The translations under genes and the position numbers were made by a program. The notes under the pieces were generated by a model. It worked only from the letters and a program-made list of their open reading frames with translations, did not search any database and was not told the origin of the DNA. A stretch of DNA of 32,000 nucleotides, taken from Bacillus subtilis subsp. subtilis str. 168. GTDB taxonomy: Bacteria > Bacillota > Bacilli > Bacillales > Bacillaceae. This document shows, piece after piece, positions 8,291-17,680 of this stretch (positions are counted from its first letter, which is position 1; the number at the start of each line of letters is the position of its first letter). Where the stretch lies: assembly GCF_000009045.1 (NCBI RefSeq), contig NC_000964.3, positions 4,170,001 to 4,202,000 of the forward strand. Direction: 5' to 3'.

Positions 8291-9130
8291 TTGTCTGCGG
8301 AAGTAACGTTACATGACAATATACATTATGATTTAAGTGCGGATTGCCAGCACTGTTTTGGCCTGTGCTGTGTCGCCTTGCCTTATGCGAAGTCGGCAGA
8401 TTTTGCTTTTGATAAAGACGGGGGCACGCCTTGCCGCAACTTACAATCAAACTATCAATGTTCTATACATAAAGATCTCAGAGAAAAAGGATTTCGAGGC
8501 TGCTCTGCATATGAATGCTTTGGCGCCGGCCAAAAAGTATCCCAAATCACTTATGAGGGAAAGGATTGGCGAAACAGCCCCGAAACGGCCAACCAGATGT
8601 TTGACGTTTTTCCTATCATGCAGCAGCTGCACGAAATGCTCTGGTATTTACATGAAGCTCTTTCTATAGATATAGCCAAGCCGATTCATTCTGAACTGAG
8701 AACCACTTTCGAAAAAATAGAAAGGCTCACCAGACTCAGCAAAGAACGCTTGCTGACACTGCAGGTGGACGAGCATCGAGCTGAGGTCAATGAATGGCTG
8801 TTAAAAACAAGTGAACTGGTGCGTGCCCAAGCCCGCCATCCAAAACTCCCGAAAAAGGTCAGCCGGGGAAGTGTCCTGATCGGCGCGAAACTGAAAGGGC
8901 TTGATCTGCGAGGAGCAAATCTAAGAGGGGCGCTGCTCATAGCCGCCGATCTGAGAAATGCCGATTTGAGAATGACAGACTTTATCGGTGCAGATATGAG
9001 AGACGCTGATCTCAGCGGCGCCGACCTGACCGGGAGCATCTTTTTGACACAGGCACAGGTGAACGCCGCCAACGGCGATTCGAATACAAAGCTGCCGCTG
9101 TCTGTACGAACCCCTGCCCATTGGAAATAA
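8291..9130 (+). CDS. yybG: Cys-rich N-terminal domain plus pentapeptide-repeat protein YybG
   Basis: CQHCFGLCC...C...C...C...C cluster followed by A(D/N)LxxADLR repeats. TTG start preceded by AAGGGGTG. Confidence 0.85.
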   Translation: MSAEVTLHDNIHYDLSADCQHCFGLCCVALPYAKSADFAFDKDGGTPCRNLQSNYQCSIHKDLREKGFRGCSAYECFGAGQKVSQITYEGKDWRNSPETANQMFDVFPIMQQLHEMLWYLHEALSIDIAKPIHSELRTTFEKIERLTRLSKERLLTLQVDEHRAEVNEWLLKTSELVRAQARHPKLPKKVSRGSVLIGAKLKGLDLRGANLRGALLIAADLRNADLRMTDFIGADMRDADLSGADLTGSIFLTQAQVNAANGDSNTKLPLSVRTPAHWK

Positions 9131-9156
9131 AAAAGGACCCGCTAACGGTCCTTTTT
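9130..9156. terminator. Bidirectional terminator between convergent yybG and yybF
   Basis: AAAAAGGACC-CGCTAAC-GGTCCTTTTT. Confidence 0.8.
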
Positions 9157-9162
9157 TACTGA

Positions 9163-10377
9163 TCAATTCAATCCTTTTTCGTTCCTCTTATCCGGCATTT
9201 TCACACTTCTTGCCAAGTATCCCGACAGCCATAACGCAACCAGCAGCATGAAGGTGATCATACCGACGACGCCCAGCCAGTGAAAACCAGACCAGAATAG
9301 CCCTCCGATTGTTCCGAAAACACTTGAACCGGCGTAATAAAAGAACAAATACAGCGATGAAGCCTGTGCTTTGTTGTGAAGGGCTCTCCTGCCCACCCAG
9401 CTGCTGGCAACTGAATGCCCTCCGAAAAAACCGAATGTAAAGAGGGCAATCCCCAGAATTTTCACTGCCAGCATATTGTTTATCGTAAATAACGCACCTG
9501 CAATGACGATGAAAATATTCATCACCAATATTTTCGGATAGCCATACCGATCAACCATTCTTCCAATGAAAGACGAGCTGAAAATGCCTACAATCATCAC
9601 AATAAAGATCCAGCTGGAAAATGCTTTATTAAGCGAATACGGCGGGCCCAACAGCACATACACAATGTAATTAAACAAGGCAACATTGCTTCCAAGCAGC
9701 AAAAAACCAATGAGAAACAAGCTGAATAGTTTACGGTCCCTCAAGTGGCCGATCAGAGACATTCCCAATTTCCCGAGCTTCAATTTTCTTGGCGTAAAAT
9801 GCCTGGATGGCGGCAAATTTATAAAAAATATAACACTAGCAATCAAACTAATGACACCAATTGTCCCCATCGCCATATGCCAATTCAAGTACTCGCTCAG
9901 GAGCCCGGAAACGATCCTTCCGAAAACGGCGCCGATTGCATTTCCGCTGATATATAGCCCCATCGCTGATCCAAGACTTCCGGGTTCAATTTCTTCCCCA
10001 AGATAAGCCATCGCAATCGACGGAAGGCCTGCGAGCGCAACGCCTTGAATGGTTCTCAATACGAGCAGTGTATGAAAGCTCGGACTAAAGGCCGATGCCA
10101 GACAGAGAACCGATGCGGCCAGCATGGAAATACCCATAATAGGCTTGCGTCCCCACACCTCGGATAATGAACCAAAGACAAGCATGCTCACAGCTAACAG
10201 CATTGTGGTAACAGATAAAGAAAGACTCGCCGCAGTAGGCGTTACATGAAATTCCCGCGTGAATTCCTCCATGAGCGGCTGTACGCAATATAGAATCGCA
10301 AATGTATTGAAACCCGCAGCGAAGAAAGCAAACGTAATTTTTCGAAAAACCGGTGTGCCTTTTCGAATGTATGTCAT
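9163..10377 (-). CDS. yybF: MFS transporter YybF
   Basis: 404-aa MFS protein (EVWGRKPIMG motif A, multiple TM segments). Confidence 0.85.
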   Translation of the reverse strand: MTYIRKGTPVFRKITFAFFAAGFNTFAILYCVQPLMEEFTREFHVTPTAASLSLSVTTMLLAVSMLVFGSLSEVWGRKPIMGISMLAASVLCLASAFSPSFHTLLVLRTIQGVALAGLPSIAMAYLGEEIEPGSLGSAMGLYISGNAIGAVFGRIVSGLLSEYLNWHMAMGTIGVISLIASVIFFINLPPSRHFTPRKLKLGKLGMSLIGHLRDRKLFSLFLIGFLLLGSNVALFNYIVYVLLGPPYSLNKAFSSWIFIVMIVGIFSSSFIGRMVDRYGYPKILVMNIFIVIAGALFTINNMLAVKILGIALFTFGFFGGHSVASSWVGRRALHNKAQASSLYLFFYYAGSSVFGTIGGLFWSGFHWLGVVGMITFMLLVALWLSGYLARSVKMPDKRNEKGLN

Positions 10378-10563
10378 CGGGACTTTATCGGTCCCTCATC
10401 ATGTTGTGGAGCACTGCCATTCATAAACAATCATCCTTTATTTCTTACGAATTCAAACATCCTCGAGTCTGTTTATATTATTATCTTAGCACCGTTGATA
10501 TATGTTGTATAATGCATATAAAATATCCTTTTCATGCTTATATGTAATAAGGAGAGATGATAA

Positions 10564-11442
10564 TTGGAATGGGAACAACTTGAATATTTTCAAACACTGG
10601 CCCGGATGCAGCACGTCACGAAAGCCGCAAAAAGCCTCTCCATCACACAGCCTGCACTTTCACGCTCTATCGCCAGGCTGGAAAATCATTTGGGCGTCCC
10701 GCTATTTGACAGGCAAGGACGATCCATCAGCTTAAATCAATACGGACACATTTTTTTACGACGGGTTCAGGCGATGATGAAGGAGTATACCGAAGGAAAA
10801 GAAGAAATCCAAGCCTTATTAAAGCCAGACCAAGGCGTAGTCTCTCTCGGTTTTTTACATACATTAGGCACCACGCTCGTGCCCGATCTCATCGGCTCCT
10901 TTCAGCAGGAATACCCCAACATTTCCTTCCAGCTGAAGCAAAACCACTCTTATTGGCTGCTTGAACGATTAAAATCCGGAGATCTGGACCTCTGTCTCCT
11001 CGCTTCGATTAAGCCTGAAAATCCGATCCAATGGATCAAGCTGTGGAGTGAAGAACTCTTTGTATTTGTGCCAAATGATCACCCATTAGCCAGTCGCGAA
11101 AGCATTACCCTGAATGAGATTGCCGGGGAGCGTTTTATTTTATTGAAAAAGGGCTATGCGCTTCGGATGACGGTCGATGAGCTGTTTGAGAAGGCCAATA
11201 TACAGCCGAACATTATGTTTGAAGGAGAAGAAGCAACTACTGCCGCAGGTTTTGTGGCAGCCGGTCTGGGCATATCTATTCTCCCAGACCTGAAAGGCTT
11301 AGACCAAAGCAAAATCACCAAAATCCGCGTCAGCTGGCCGGAATGTCAGCGTGTCATAGGAATTGCCTGGATAAAAGGCAGGTTTTTATCACCGGTTGCT
11401 GAGACCTTTAAACAATATGTGATCAGCCATTTTTCTGAGTAG
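10564..11442 (+). CDS. yybE: LysR-family regulator YybE
   Basis: N-terminal HTH FQTLARMQHVTKAAKSLSITQPALSRSIARLENHLGVPLFDR; divergent from yybF. Confidence 0.9.
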   Translation: MEWEQLEYFQTLARMQHVTKAAKSLSITQPALSRSIARLENHLGVPLFDRQGRSISLNQYGHIFLRRVQAMMKEYTEGKEEIQALLKPDQGVVSLGFLHTLGTTLVPDLIGSFQQEYPNISFQLKQNHSYWLLERLKSGDLDLCLLASIKPENPIQWIKLWSEELFVFVPNDHPLASRESITLNEIAGERFILLKKGYALRMTVDELFEKANIQPNIMFEGEEATTAAGFVAAGLGISILPDLKGLDQSKITKIRVSWPECQRVIGIAWIKGRFLSPVAETFKQYVISHFSE

Positions 11443-11455
11443 GAAGGATTCAAGC

Positions 11456-11899
11456 ATGAATGTCAAAAAAATCACGTCAGAACAGGATTTACATACAGCG
11501 TTTGAAATCAGAAAGGCAGTATTTGTAGAGGAACAAGGCTGTCCCATTTCGGATGAATTCGATGAGTTCGATACACTCCACGGTGACTGCCAGCACATCC
11601 TGGCTTATCATCAGAATGTACCTGTTGGCACTGCACGTGTCCGTATCGTTGGCCACACGGGGAAACTGGAACGAATCTGCATTCTGAAGTCTTACCGCAA
11701 ATTCGGTTTGGGAAAAGTGATCGTCGATGCATTAGAACGTATTGTAAAAGAACAAGGCATTTCTGCCTTCAAACTGCACGGCCAGACACAGGCGGCAGGC
11801 TTTTATGAAAAGCTCGGCTATCGGACTGCATCAGAAGAATTTATGCTGGACGGCATTCCGCATGTGCTGATGACAAAACAAGACGATTCTGCGCTATAG
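11456..11899 (+). CDS. yybD: GNAT acetyltransferase YybD (ElaA-like)
   Basis: GTARVRIVG...ERICILKSYRKFGLGKVIVD GNAT motif A. Confidence 0.85.
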   Translation: MNVKKITSEQDLHTAFEIRKAVFVEEQGCPISDEFDEFDTLHGDCQHILAYHQNVPVGTARVRIVGHTGKLERICILKSYRKFGLGKVIVDALERIVKEQGISAFKLHGQTQAAGFYEKLGYRTASEEFMLDGIPHVLMTKQDDSAL

Positions 11900-11981
11900 A
11901 TTGTTCACAAATTTGTCACTTATGAGCATGAACGGTTCATTGGTATACTAATCACCGATTATGGAGAGAAGGAATGATTGT

Positions 11982-12461
11982 ATGCCAGCAAATAAAAAAG
12001 AAGGCCTTATATTTGGCGTGATGATGTGCTTTGGAATGGTTTGCGTCATGTCGATTTACAATGCCATCATCAACCGAGCCATCTACGATTTTTCACTGAT
12101 GACCGTTTTTGAAATGGTCATCGGTTTTATGATCGCCCTCCTGTTAGATTTACTGTTAGTGGGCCCCCTCGCCAAGAAGATTGCATTCCGCATGCCGTTC
12201 GACAAGACTAAAAAAATTTATGTCATCCTTGCCATGTCAACTTGTATGGTGATTGGCATGGTACTTTGTATGTCTGTGTTCGGTTTAGTGACAGCGGTTC
12301 TAGCAAATGGGCTGAACGGGGACAGCCTCTTCAGTGCTTATCTTATGATTGTGTTGAAAAATTTCATCCTGGCCTATCCGTTGCAATTACTGATTATGGG
12401 CCCATTAGTCAGAGGAGTTTTCATGAAATTTGTAAAACCAAAGCTCACAGCCGCAATTTAA
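11982..12461 (+). CDS. yybC: DUF2798 membrane protein YybC
   Basis: 159 aa from ATG at 11982, four hydrophobic helices; RBS GAAGGAATG. Confidence 0.8.
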   Translation: MPANKKEGLIFGVMMCFGMVCVMSIYNAIINRAIYDFSLMTVFEMVIGFMIALLLDLLLVGPLAKKIAFRMPFDKTKKIYVILAMSTCMVIGMVLCMSVFGLVTAVLANGLNGDSLFSAYLMIVLKNFILAYPLQLLIMGPLVRGVFMKFVKPKLTAAI

Positions 12462-12465
12462 ATAG

Positions 12466-12496
12466 AAAAGGAGTGAGCCTGACACTCACTCCTTTT
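12466..12496 (+). terminator. Terminator after yybC
   Basis: AAAAGGAGTGAG...CTCACTCCTTTT. Confidence 0.8.
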
Positions 12497-12635
12497 GCTC
12501 ATGAATCGAATGTAAAACAAGCTCCGCAAAAGCCTCTGCGGCAGGCAGCTGCCATTTTTTCTTTTTGGGTGTGAGTAAATCGGATCGAGGGCTTCACCAT
12601 GCTGGAGATTTTTCAGCTTATGTTTTTCACTTCCA

Positions 12636-13298
12636 TTAATCCCTATACCTTACCACATAGTTTTTATACAATTCTTCGTTATAAAGGATTTCTTCGCCAT
12701 GTGAAGAGCAAATGAGCGTTGGTTTGATTTGATCTATGATTGAGCCGCTGTCGATGTTCTCATTTATATCAACACTGAATCTTCTTATAGGTGGGTGTAA
12801 ATCCTCCTTACTTGTGATAAAAAGGTCGCCCGTCAATAGCGTACGATCGATTTTATGATAATACACAACATGCCCCGGCGAATGGCCAGGTGTTAAATAG
12901 TATTTCAGAGGCAGATGAGCAAGCGTTTGCTCCGTCAGCGGCTGTACAATATGGGCTACCCCTGTGTTCTCCACTTCATTTTTGTTCGGATATGGCTCTT
13001 CCCCATTGATGTACTTTAGTTCTTTCTGGTGCGCAAAAATCGGAATATCAAATCTCTCTAACCATTTTGATGCACCCCCGATATGATCACTGTGGCCATG
13101 GGTAAGCAAAATGGCTTTTGGATTGCCGATCGCTAACGCTGCCCTAATTTGAGCATCAGCAAAACGTTCTATTCCCGTATCAACAATATAAACATCATCA
13201 CCATCTTTGATAAACCAGGTATGAACCGGAATACGAAGAGGCACATCAAGCTCAAATTCACATTGAAAGACATGTTCTGATAGTTGTCTCAAATTCAC
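12636..13298 (-). CDS. yybB: Metallo-beta-lactamase-fold hydrolase YybB
   Basis: HxHxDH motif LLTHGHSDHIGG and LTPGHSPGHVVYY. GTG start at 13298 preceded by GGAG. Confidence 0.85.
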   Translation of the reverse strand: MNLRQLSEHVFQCEFELDVPLRIPVHTWFIKDGDDVYIVDTGIERFADAQIRAALAIGNPKAILLTHGHSDHIGGASKWLERFDIPIFAHQKELKYINGEEPYPNKNEVENTGVAHIVQPLTEQTLAHLPLKYYLTPGHSPGHVVYYHKIDRTLLTGDLFITSKEDLHPPIRRFSVDINENIDSGSIIDQIKPTLICSSHGEEILYNEELYKNYVVRYRD

Positions 13299-13444
13299 GC
13301 AAACCATCTCCTGTGGAAATTTTTTGATAGTTTTAAAGAAAACAGAAGTGAACGGACTATTTTCACCCACGCTCGAGCTGACTGGATTCTTGAGAGGAAA
13401 CGCCGATTTTCGCCAGCATCAGCTCAACTTGTTAACGTTGTCCA

Positions 13445-13897
13445 TTAATAATCCCTTTTGTTCCCCTTCTTCACATATTCCCAATCACGTTCTATATTCT
13501 TCCTCACTCTATGAAGGAGTGCAGAAATGGTTTCCTTTTCCTCTGAAGTAAAACCGGACAAGGCCACTTCCGTGGAATGTTCTCCTTCTCTTCTTAACAA
13601 TGGATATACCTTTTTCCCTTTCTCAGTCGGGAACAGTTTTTTTATTTTTTTATTTTGCTCATCCGGCAGTTTTTGAATAAATCCCTGCATTTCCAGCTTC
13701 TTAATGGCCCGCGCGGCCGTTGTCCGGTCCACTTTTATCATTTCCGCCAATTTTTCTTGAATAATTCCCGGATTTTCGTATATACGCACGAGATAGAGAT
13801 ACTGCCCTCTTGTTAAGTCTAAATCTTTAAATTCGATGTTGCTTATGGAATCCAACGCTCTTGCTATCATGCCGATCTCACGCAAAATATCATTCAT
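13445..13897 (-). CDS. yybA: MarR-family regulator YybA
   Basis: wHTH: LTRGQYLYLVRIYENPGIIQEKLAEMIKVDRTTAARAIKKLEMQGFIQK. Confidence 0.9.
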   Translation of the reverse strand: MNDILREIGMIARALDSISNIEFKDLDLTRGQYLYLVRIYENPGIIQEKLAEMIKVDRTTAARAIKKLEMQGFIQKLPDEQNKKIKKLFPTEKGKKVYPLLRREGEHSTEVALSGFTSEEKETISALLHRVRKNIERDWEYVKKGNKRDY

Positions 13898-14016
13898 TCC
13901 TAAAACCCCTCACGTATTTTTGTTGCAATTACAACAAAAATGTTTTAACCTTACTATTATAAGACCACATGCGTGCTGTACAGTCCAGACTAATATCAGA
14001 AAAGGATTGATTCATA

Positions 14017-14463
14017 ATGAATATAAAAAGAATAACAACTGAAGCTGATTTACATGAAGCTTTAAAGATTAGAAGAGGCGTTTTCATTGAGGAGCAACAT
14101 GTGTCTGAAGCCGATGAGTTCGATGAATTTGATACGCTTCAGGAACAATGCCAGCATATCTTGGTATATCATGAGAATCAGCCTGTCGGCACCGGACGCG
14201 CGCGCATCGTTGGCCATACAGCAAAGCTGGAAAGAATCTGCATCCTAAAACCTTACCGTAAGTACGGATTGGGGAAGATCATCGTAAGCGGGTTAGAGGA
14301 AATCATGAAAGAAAAAGGACTGACTTCATATAAGCTGCATGGTCAAACACAAGCGGCAGGCTTTTATCAAAAACTGGGCTACCAGATTTCTTCACAGGAA
14401 TTTATGGAGGACGGCATCCCTCACGTCTTGATGACAAAAGAAATATCGCGGAATATAACATGA
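14017..14463 (+). CDS. yyaT: GNAT acetyltransferase YyaT
   Basis: 148 aa, clear paralogue of the 11456-11899 product; divergent from the MarR gene. Confidence 0.85.
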   Translation: MNIKRITTEADLHEALKIRRGVFIEEQHVSEADEFDEFDTLQEQCQHILVYHENQPVGTGRARIVGHTAKLERICILKPYRKYGLGKIIVSGLEEIMKEKGLTSYKLHGQTQAAGFYQKLGYQISSQEFMEDGIPHVLMTKEISRNIT

Positions 14464-15065
14464 AATATATGTATTACGGAATAGGCATACTCATATTAAG
14501 TTTGGGCATTTCCTTAACCATACAATCAGGACTGGGCACATCACCCTTCGATGCCCTTTTGGTTGGTCTGTCAAAAAAAATCGGTCTTACCGTAGGAAGC
14601 TGGGAGGTCCTTATTTCTGTGATCCTCTTAATCTGCAACGCTATATTAACGAGAAAAAAACCTATTTTGCTGGGCTTGATTACAGCATTCATTACTGGAA
14701 TAGGCATTGACCTATGGTTGTTTGTTGTAAAAAACACCATCTATCTAAACTCGTTGTTAAGCAAACTGATTTGTTTTGGAATTGGTTTGGTGCTCATCGG
14801 TCTTGGAACAGCCATCTATCTTCAGACGAAATTCGCATCAACACCGATCGATCATTTAACACTTATTATCCGAGATCTCTCCAAAAGAACAATATTGTTT
14901 TCAAGGACATTGGTATACGCTCTTTTCTTAGTATTAGCCATCATCTTTAAAGGCCCTATCGGCATCGGAACTCTTTTAACGGTTTGTTTGGGAGGAATGC
15001 TCCTTCACGTTTTTATGCCTATTGTGGAAAGACATTTCTTATCAAAGAATAGAAGAGGTTATTAA
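14460..15065 (+). CDS. yyaS: YczE/YyaS-type integral membrane protein
   Basis: 201 aa; ATGA overlap with yyaT; motif SIQSGLGTSPFDALLVGLSKKIGLTVG. Confidence 0.85.
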   Translation: MKYMYYGIGILILSLGISLTIQSGLGTSPFDALLVGLSKKIGLTVGSWEVLISVILLICNAILTRKKPILLGLITAFITGIGIDLWLFVVKNTIYLNSLLSKLICFGIGLVLIGLGTAIYLQTKFASTPIDHLTLIIRDLSKRTILFSRTLVYALFLVLAIIFKGPIGIGTLLTVCLGGMLLHVFMPIVERHFLSKNRRGY

Positions 15066-15159
15066 GAAACCTCTTCTCGATCCAAAAAACGAAACGCAAA
15101 ACAAGCCCCGTTTCGTTGTCAATTCTTTATCTCTGGTACTGTTGAGGTTTTATAATCAA

Positions 15160-15681
15160 TTAAAATTTATAGTACCAAAAAATCGCAATTTCATTTGCTG
15201 TTGGAAAGTTGGAATAAAGCATCGTATCAACCGCACCTATTATAAAGTGATGTTTGGCATAAAAATGACAAGCTGAAATATTAATATCTTGGGTTTCAAG
15301 CATAAGACCACAAAAATGATTCTCCTTTGCCCACTCAATCGCTTTATGTAATAATGCTGTTCCAACACCTTTTTTTCTATAGTCTTTTGCCACGGCAATG
15401 TCCTCTATTAGTGCATACCCATTCCAGTTAGAACGGATCTTAATCCGGCCAATGCAGTTGTTTTCAAGATAATATAAAAAAGCCGCTTTCCCCTCTTCTT
15501 CAACATAACTAACATCCATGTCATCATCTTCATATTGTTTAAAATAAGGTTTAGAAAATCGTTCCTCAGTATATGTCCAAACACCGTTTTCAAAAGCAGG
15601 TATCATTCTCCCAAAAACAACGAAAGGTTCGTTTGGTTTATTGAAATCTTTCATATTCAAATGAGTCATTTTCATGATCAT
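15160..15681 (-). CDS. yyaR: GNAT acetyltransferase YyaR (SatA-like streptothricin acetyltransferase)
   Basis: 173 aa from ATG at 15681 (GGCGGAG RBS); IAVAKDYRKKGVGTALLHKAIEWAKE..GLMLETQDINISACHFYAKHHF. Confidence 0.8.
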   Translation of the reverse strand: MIMKMTHLNMKDFNKPNEPFVVFGRMIPAFENGVWTYTEERFSKPYFKQYEDDDMDVSYVEEEGKAAFLYYLENNCIGRIKIRSNWNGYALIEDIAVAKDYRKKGVGTALLHKAIEWAKENHFCGLMLETQDINISACHFYAKHHFIIGAVDTMLYSNFPTANEIAIFWYYKF

Positions 15682-15870
15682 ATCAATCTCCGCCAATCGA
15701 GATAATATTTAGTAAACTCGTTTCGATACTATTCAACAACAGCTTCCAAAAGTGTACTCTTTAAGAGAACAGCATTAGATAAGGCATCCATTACCTTATA
15801 TATTTCACTATCTTAATGAGGTATTTCAACAGAGGCTTGTGGTACAGTAAAAAGGAATAGAAACAAGAGA

Positions 15871-15976
15871 AAAGAAGATGAACCTATGCCCACTAACAAT
15901 AAACTCAATGAGAAATATCATACTTCCTTCAACTCGCCCACAACCCTGTTGACTAGTATCCGTGGAGAGAGGAAGC
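15871..15976 (+). pseudogene. Copy 1 (most degenerate) of the yyaL 5' end
   Basis: AAAGAAGATGAACCTATGCCCACTAACAATAAACTCAATGAGAAA...TCGCCCACAACCCTGTTGAC aligns with yyaL start through the HAHNPVDW region, with an internal deletion. Confidence 0.8.
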
Positions 15977-16091
15977 TTTGACACAGCTTCTGCCATTGAT
16001 GACATCTCTATTGAAGTATCCAAAGGACAACCAAGGATCGCTCTTTGACTTTTTCAAGAAGAAAGTAGAGTGAATAAAGGAGTGATTGAGT

Positions 16092-16448
16092 ATGTTAACA
16101 AGAGAAGATATCTTTAAACACGTCAAAGAAAAATACGGTACATCGCCTGATTACCCGTGGGAGAAATACCCAAACTATGCTTCTTTGAGACATACATCAA
16201 ACAAAAAATGGTACGGTCTTATCATGAATGTTCTCCCAGAAAAATTAGGCTTGGATGGTCATGGCGAAATAGATATTCTAAATCTAAAATGTCCCCCTGA
16301 AATAAGTGATCGCTTAAGAAACGGGGAAAATATCTTACCCGGATATCATATGGATAAGGAACATTGGATTTCAATTGTTTTAGAACGGACAGATCCAGAA
16401 GGCGAAATCTATAACTTAATCGAGCAGAGCTTTCATTTAACCAAGTGA
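16092..16448 (+). CDS. yyaQ: MmcQ/YjbR-family protein YyaQ
   Basis: 118 aa from ATG at 16092; RBS AAAGGAG; DYPWEKYPNYASLRHTSNKKWYGLIMNV. Confidence 0.85.
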   Translation: MLTREDIFKHVKEKYGTSPDYPWEKYPNYASLRHTSNKKWYGLIMNVLPEKLGLDGHGEIDILNLKCPPEISDRLRNGENILPGYHMDKEHWISIVLERTDPEGEIYNLIEQSFHLTK

Positions 16449-16607
16449 AGATAAAGAGTGTTCCTGCTAATCAAGCTGCGAAGAGTAGTGGGCACTTTCA
16501 TTTTAGGATACTGTTCTTCACTCTGTCCACAAACGCAACTTAGTTCATCTGGTGCGAGAGTGGGAGAAGAATTTCAACCAACTTCTTATGTAAAAGGATG
16601 AATAGTT

Positions 16608-17174
16608 ATGACAAATAACTTAAAACAGAGAAGAATCATTTTAGATTTAGCAGTTACTTTAGATGGTTTTATTGAAGGGAAAAATGGAGAAGTTGATTGG
16701 TGTATTATGGACCCTGATATGGGGTTTACTGATTTTTTAAATCAAATTGATACTATTTTATATGGTAGAAAAAGCTTCGATTTATGGGGACAATACATTC
16801 CAAAAAATGAAGACCCTGATACAGAAAAGGAACTTTGGAAATTGGTTCATAGTAAAAAGAAATATGTTTTTTCCAGAACACAAAATGAGATTGATAATCA
16901 AGCCATATTTATAAATGATAATATTCTTGAAGAAGTAAATAAATTGAAGAAAAATCCTGGTAAAGACATCTGGCTATATGGTGGAGCGAGTCTCATTACA
17001 ACTTTTATAAATTTGGGGCTTGTTGATGAATTTAGATTATCTATTCACCCTGTTGTTTTGGGAGAAGGAAAACCGTTGTTTATTGATGTAAAACAGAGGA
17101 TAAATTTAAAAATGGTGAATACAAGAACATTTTCCTCTGGCGTTGTGCAAATCGTTTATCATTGGAATGGCTAA
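16608..17174 (+). CDS. yyaP: Dihydrofolate-reductase-like (RibD C-terminal family) protein YyaP
   Basis: 188 aa; ILDLAVTLDGFIEG..VDW, LWLYGGASLITTFINLGLVDEFRLSIHPVVLGEGKPLF; RBS AAAGGATG. Confidence 0.85.
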   Translation: MTNNLKQRRIILDLAVTLDGFIEGKNGEVDWCIMDPDMGFTDFLNQIDTILYGRKSFDLWGQYIPKNEDPDTEKELWKLVHSKKKYVFSRTQNEIDNQAIFINDNILEEVNKLKKNPGKDIWLYGGASLITTFINLGLVDEFRLSIHPVVLGEGKPLFIDVKQRINLKMVNTRTFSSGVVQIVYHWNG

Positions 17175-17217
17175 CATTGTAAAGTAACACTCGACAGTAA
17201 TCCTTCTTATTGAACTA

Positions 17218-17248
17218 AAGGGGAATCCATAAATAATGGGTTCCCCTT
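17218..17248 (+). terminator. Hairpin downstream of yyaP
   Basis: AAGGGGAATCC-ATAAATAAT-GGGTTCCCCTT; weak U-tract. Confidence 0.45.
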
Positions 17249-17400
17249 AATATACTATGGAATTATCAATATCAAATTTTCTGTAATAAAAGAGGATTGA
17301 AAAGGACGATGTCTCCTCAATTAACATCATTAAGCATTATAGTATATTTTCTTCTCCCTCTTTTAAGTAATCGGCTAAGTTTTGTATTTATAAAAAAACG

Positions 17401-17574
17401 AAAGAAGGTGATCCAATGCCTACTAACAATAAACCCAATAGATTAATCGCTGAGAAATCTACTTATTTTACTTCAACATGCTCATAACCCTGTGGACTGG
17501 TTCCCTTGGGGAGAAGAAGCATATGAAAAAGCGAAACGCGAAAACAAGCCTGTTCTCGTATCTATTGGGTATAG
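17401..17574 (+). pseudogene. Copy 2 of the yyaL 5' end, frameshifted
   Basis: AAAGAAGGTGATCCAATGCCTACTAACAATAAACCCAATAGATTAATCGCTGAGAAATC...CCCTGTGGACTGGTTCCCTTGGGGAGAAGAAGC; breaks off after ..IGYS equivalent. Confidence 0.9.
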
Positions 17575-17632
17575 CTAACGATGGCTAATCTAAAGAACAT
17601 GCTATTGATGCCATGTTTATTCATTTTACAAA

Positions 17633-17673
17633 AAAGGATCAACCTTGAATTACTTTCACAAGATTGATCCTTT
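17633..17673 (-). terminator. Terminator of tetL
   Basis: AAAGGATCAA...TTGATCCTTT, with a T-run on the minus strand (TTTTTTG). Confidence 0.7.
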
Positions 17674-17680
17674 CACTCAT

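Noticed and set aside
15826-16023. 65-aa minus ORF near yyaL-5' copy 1
   Set aside because: It runs antisense across the degenerate yyaL fragment; no RBS or homology pattern.
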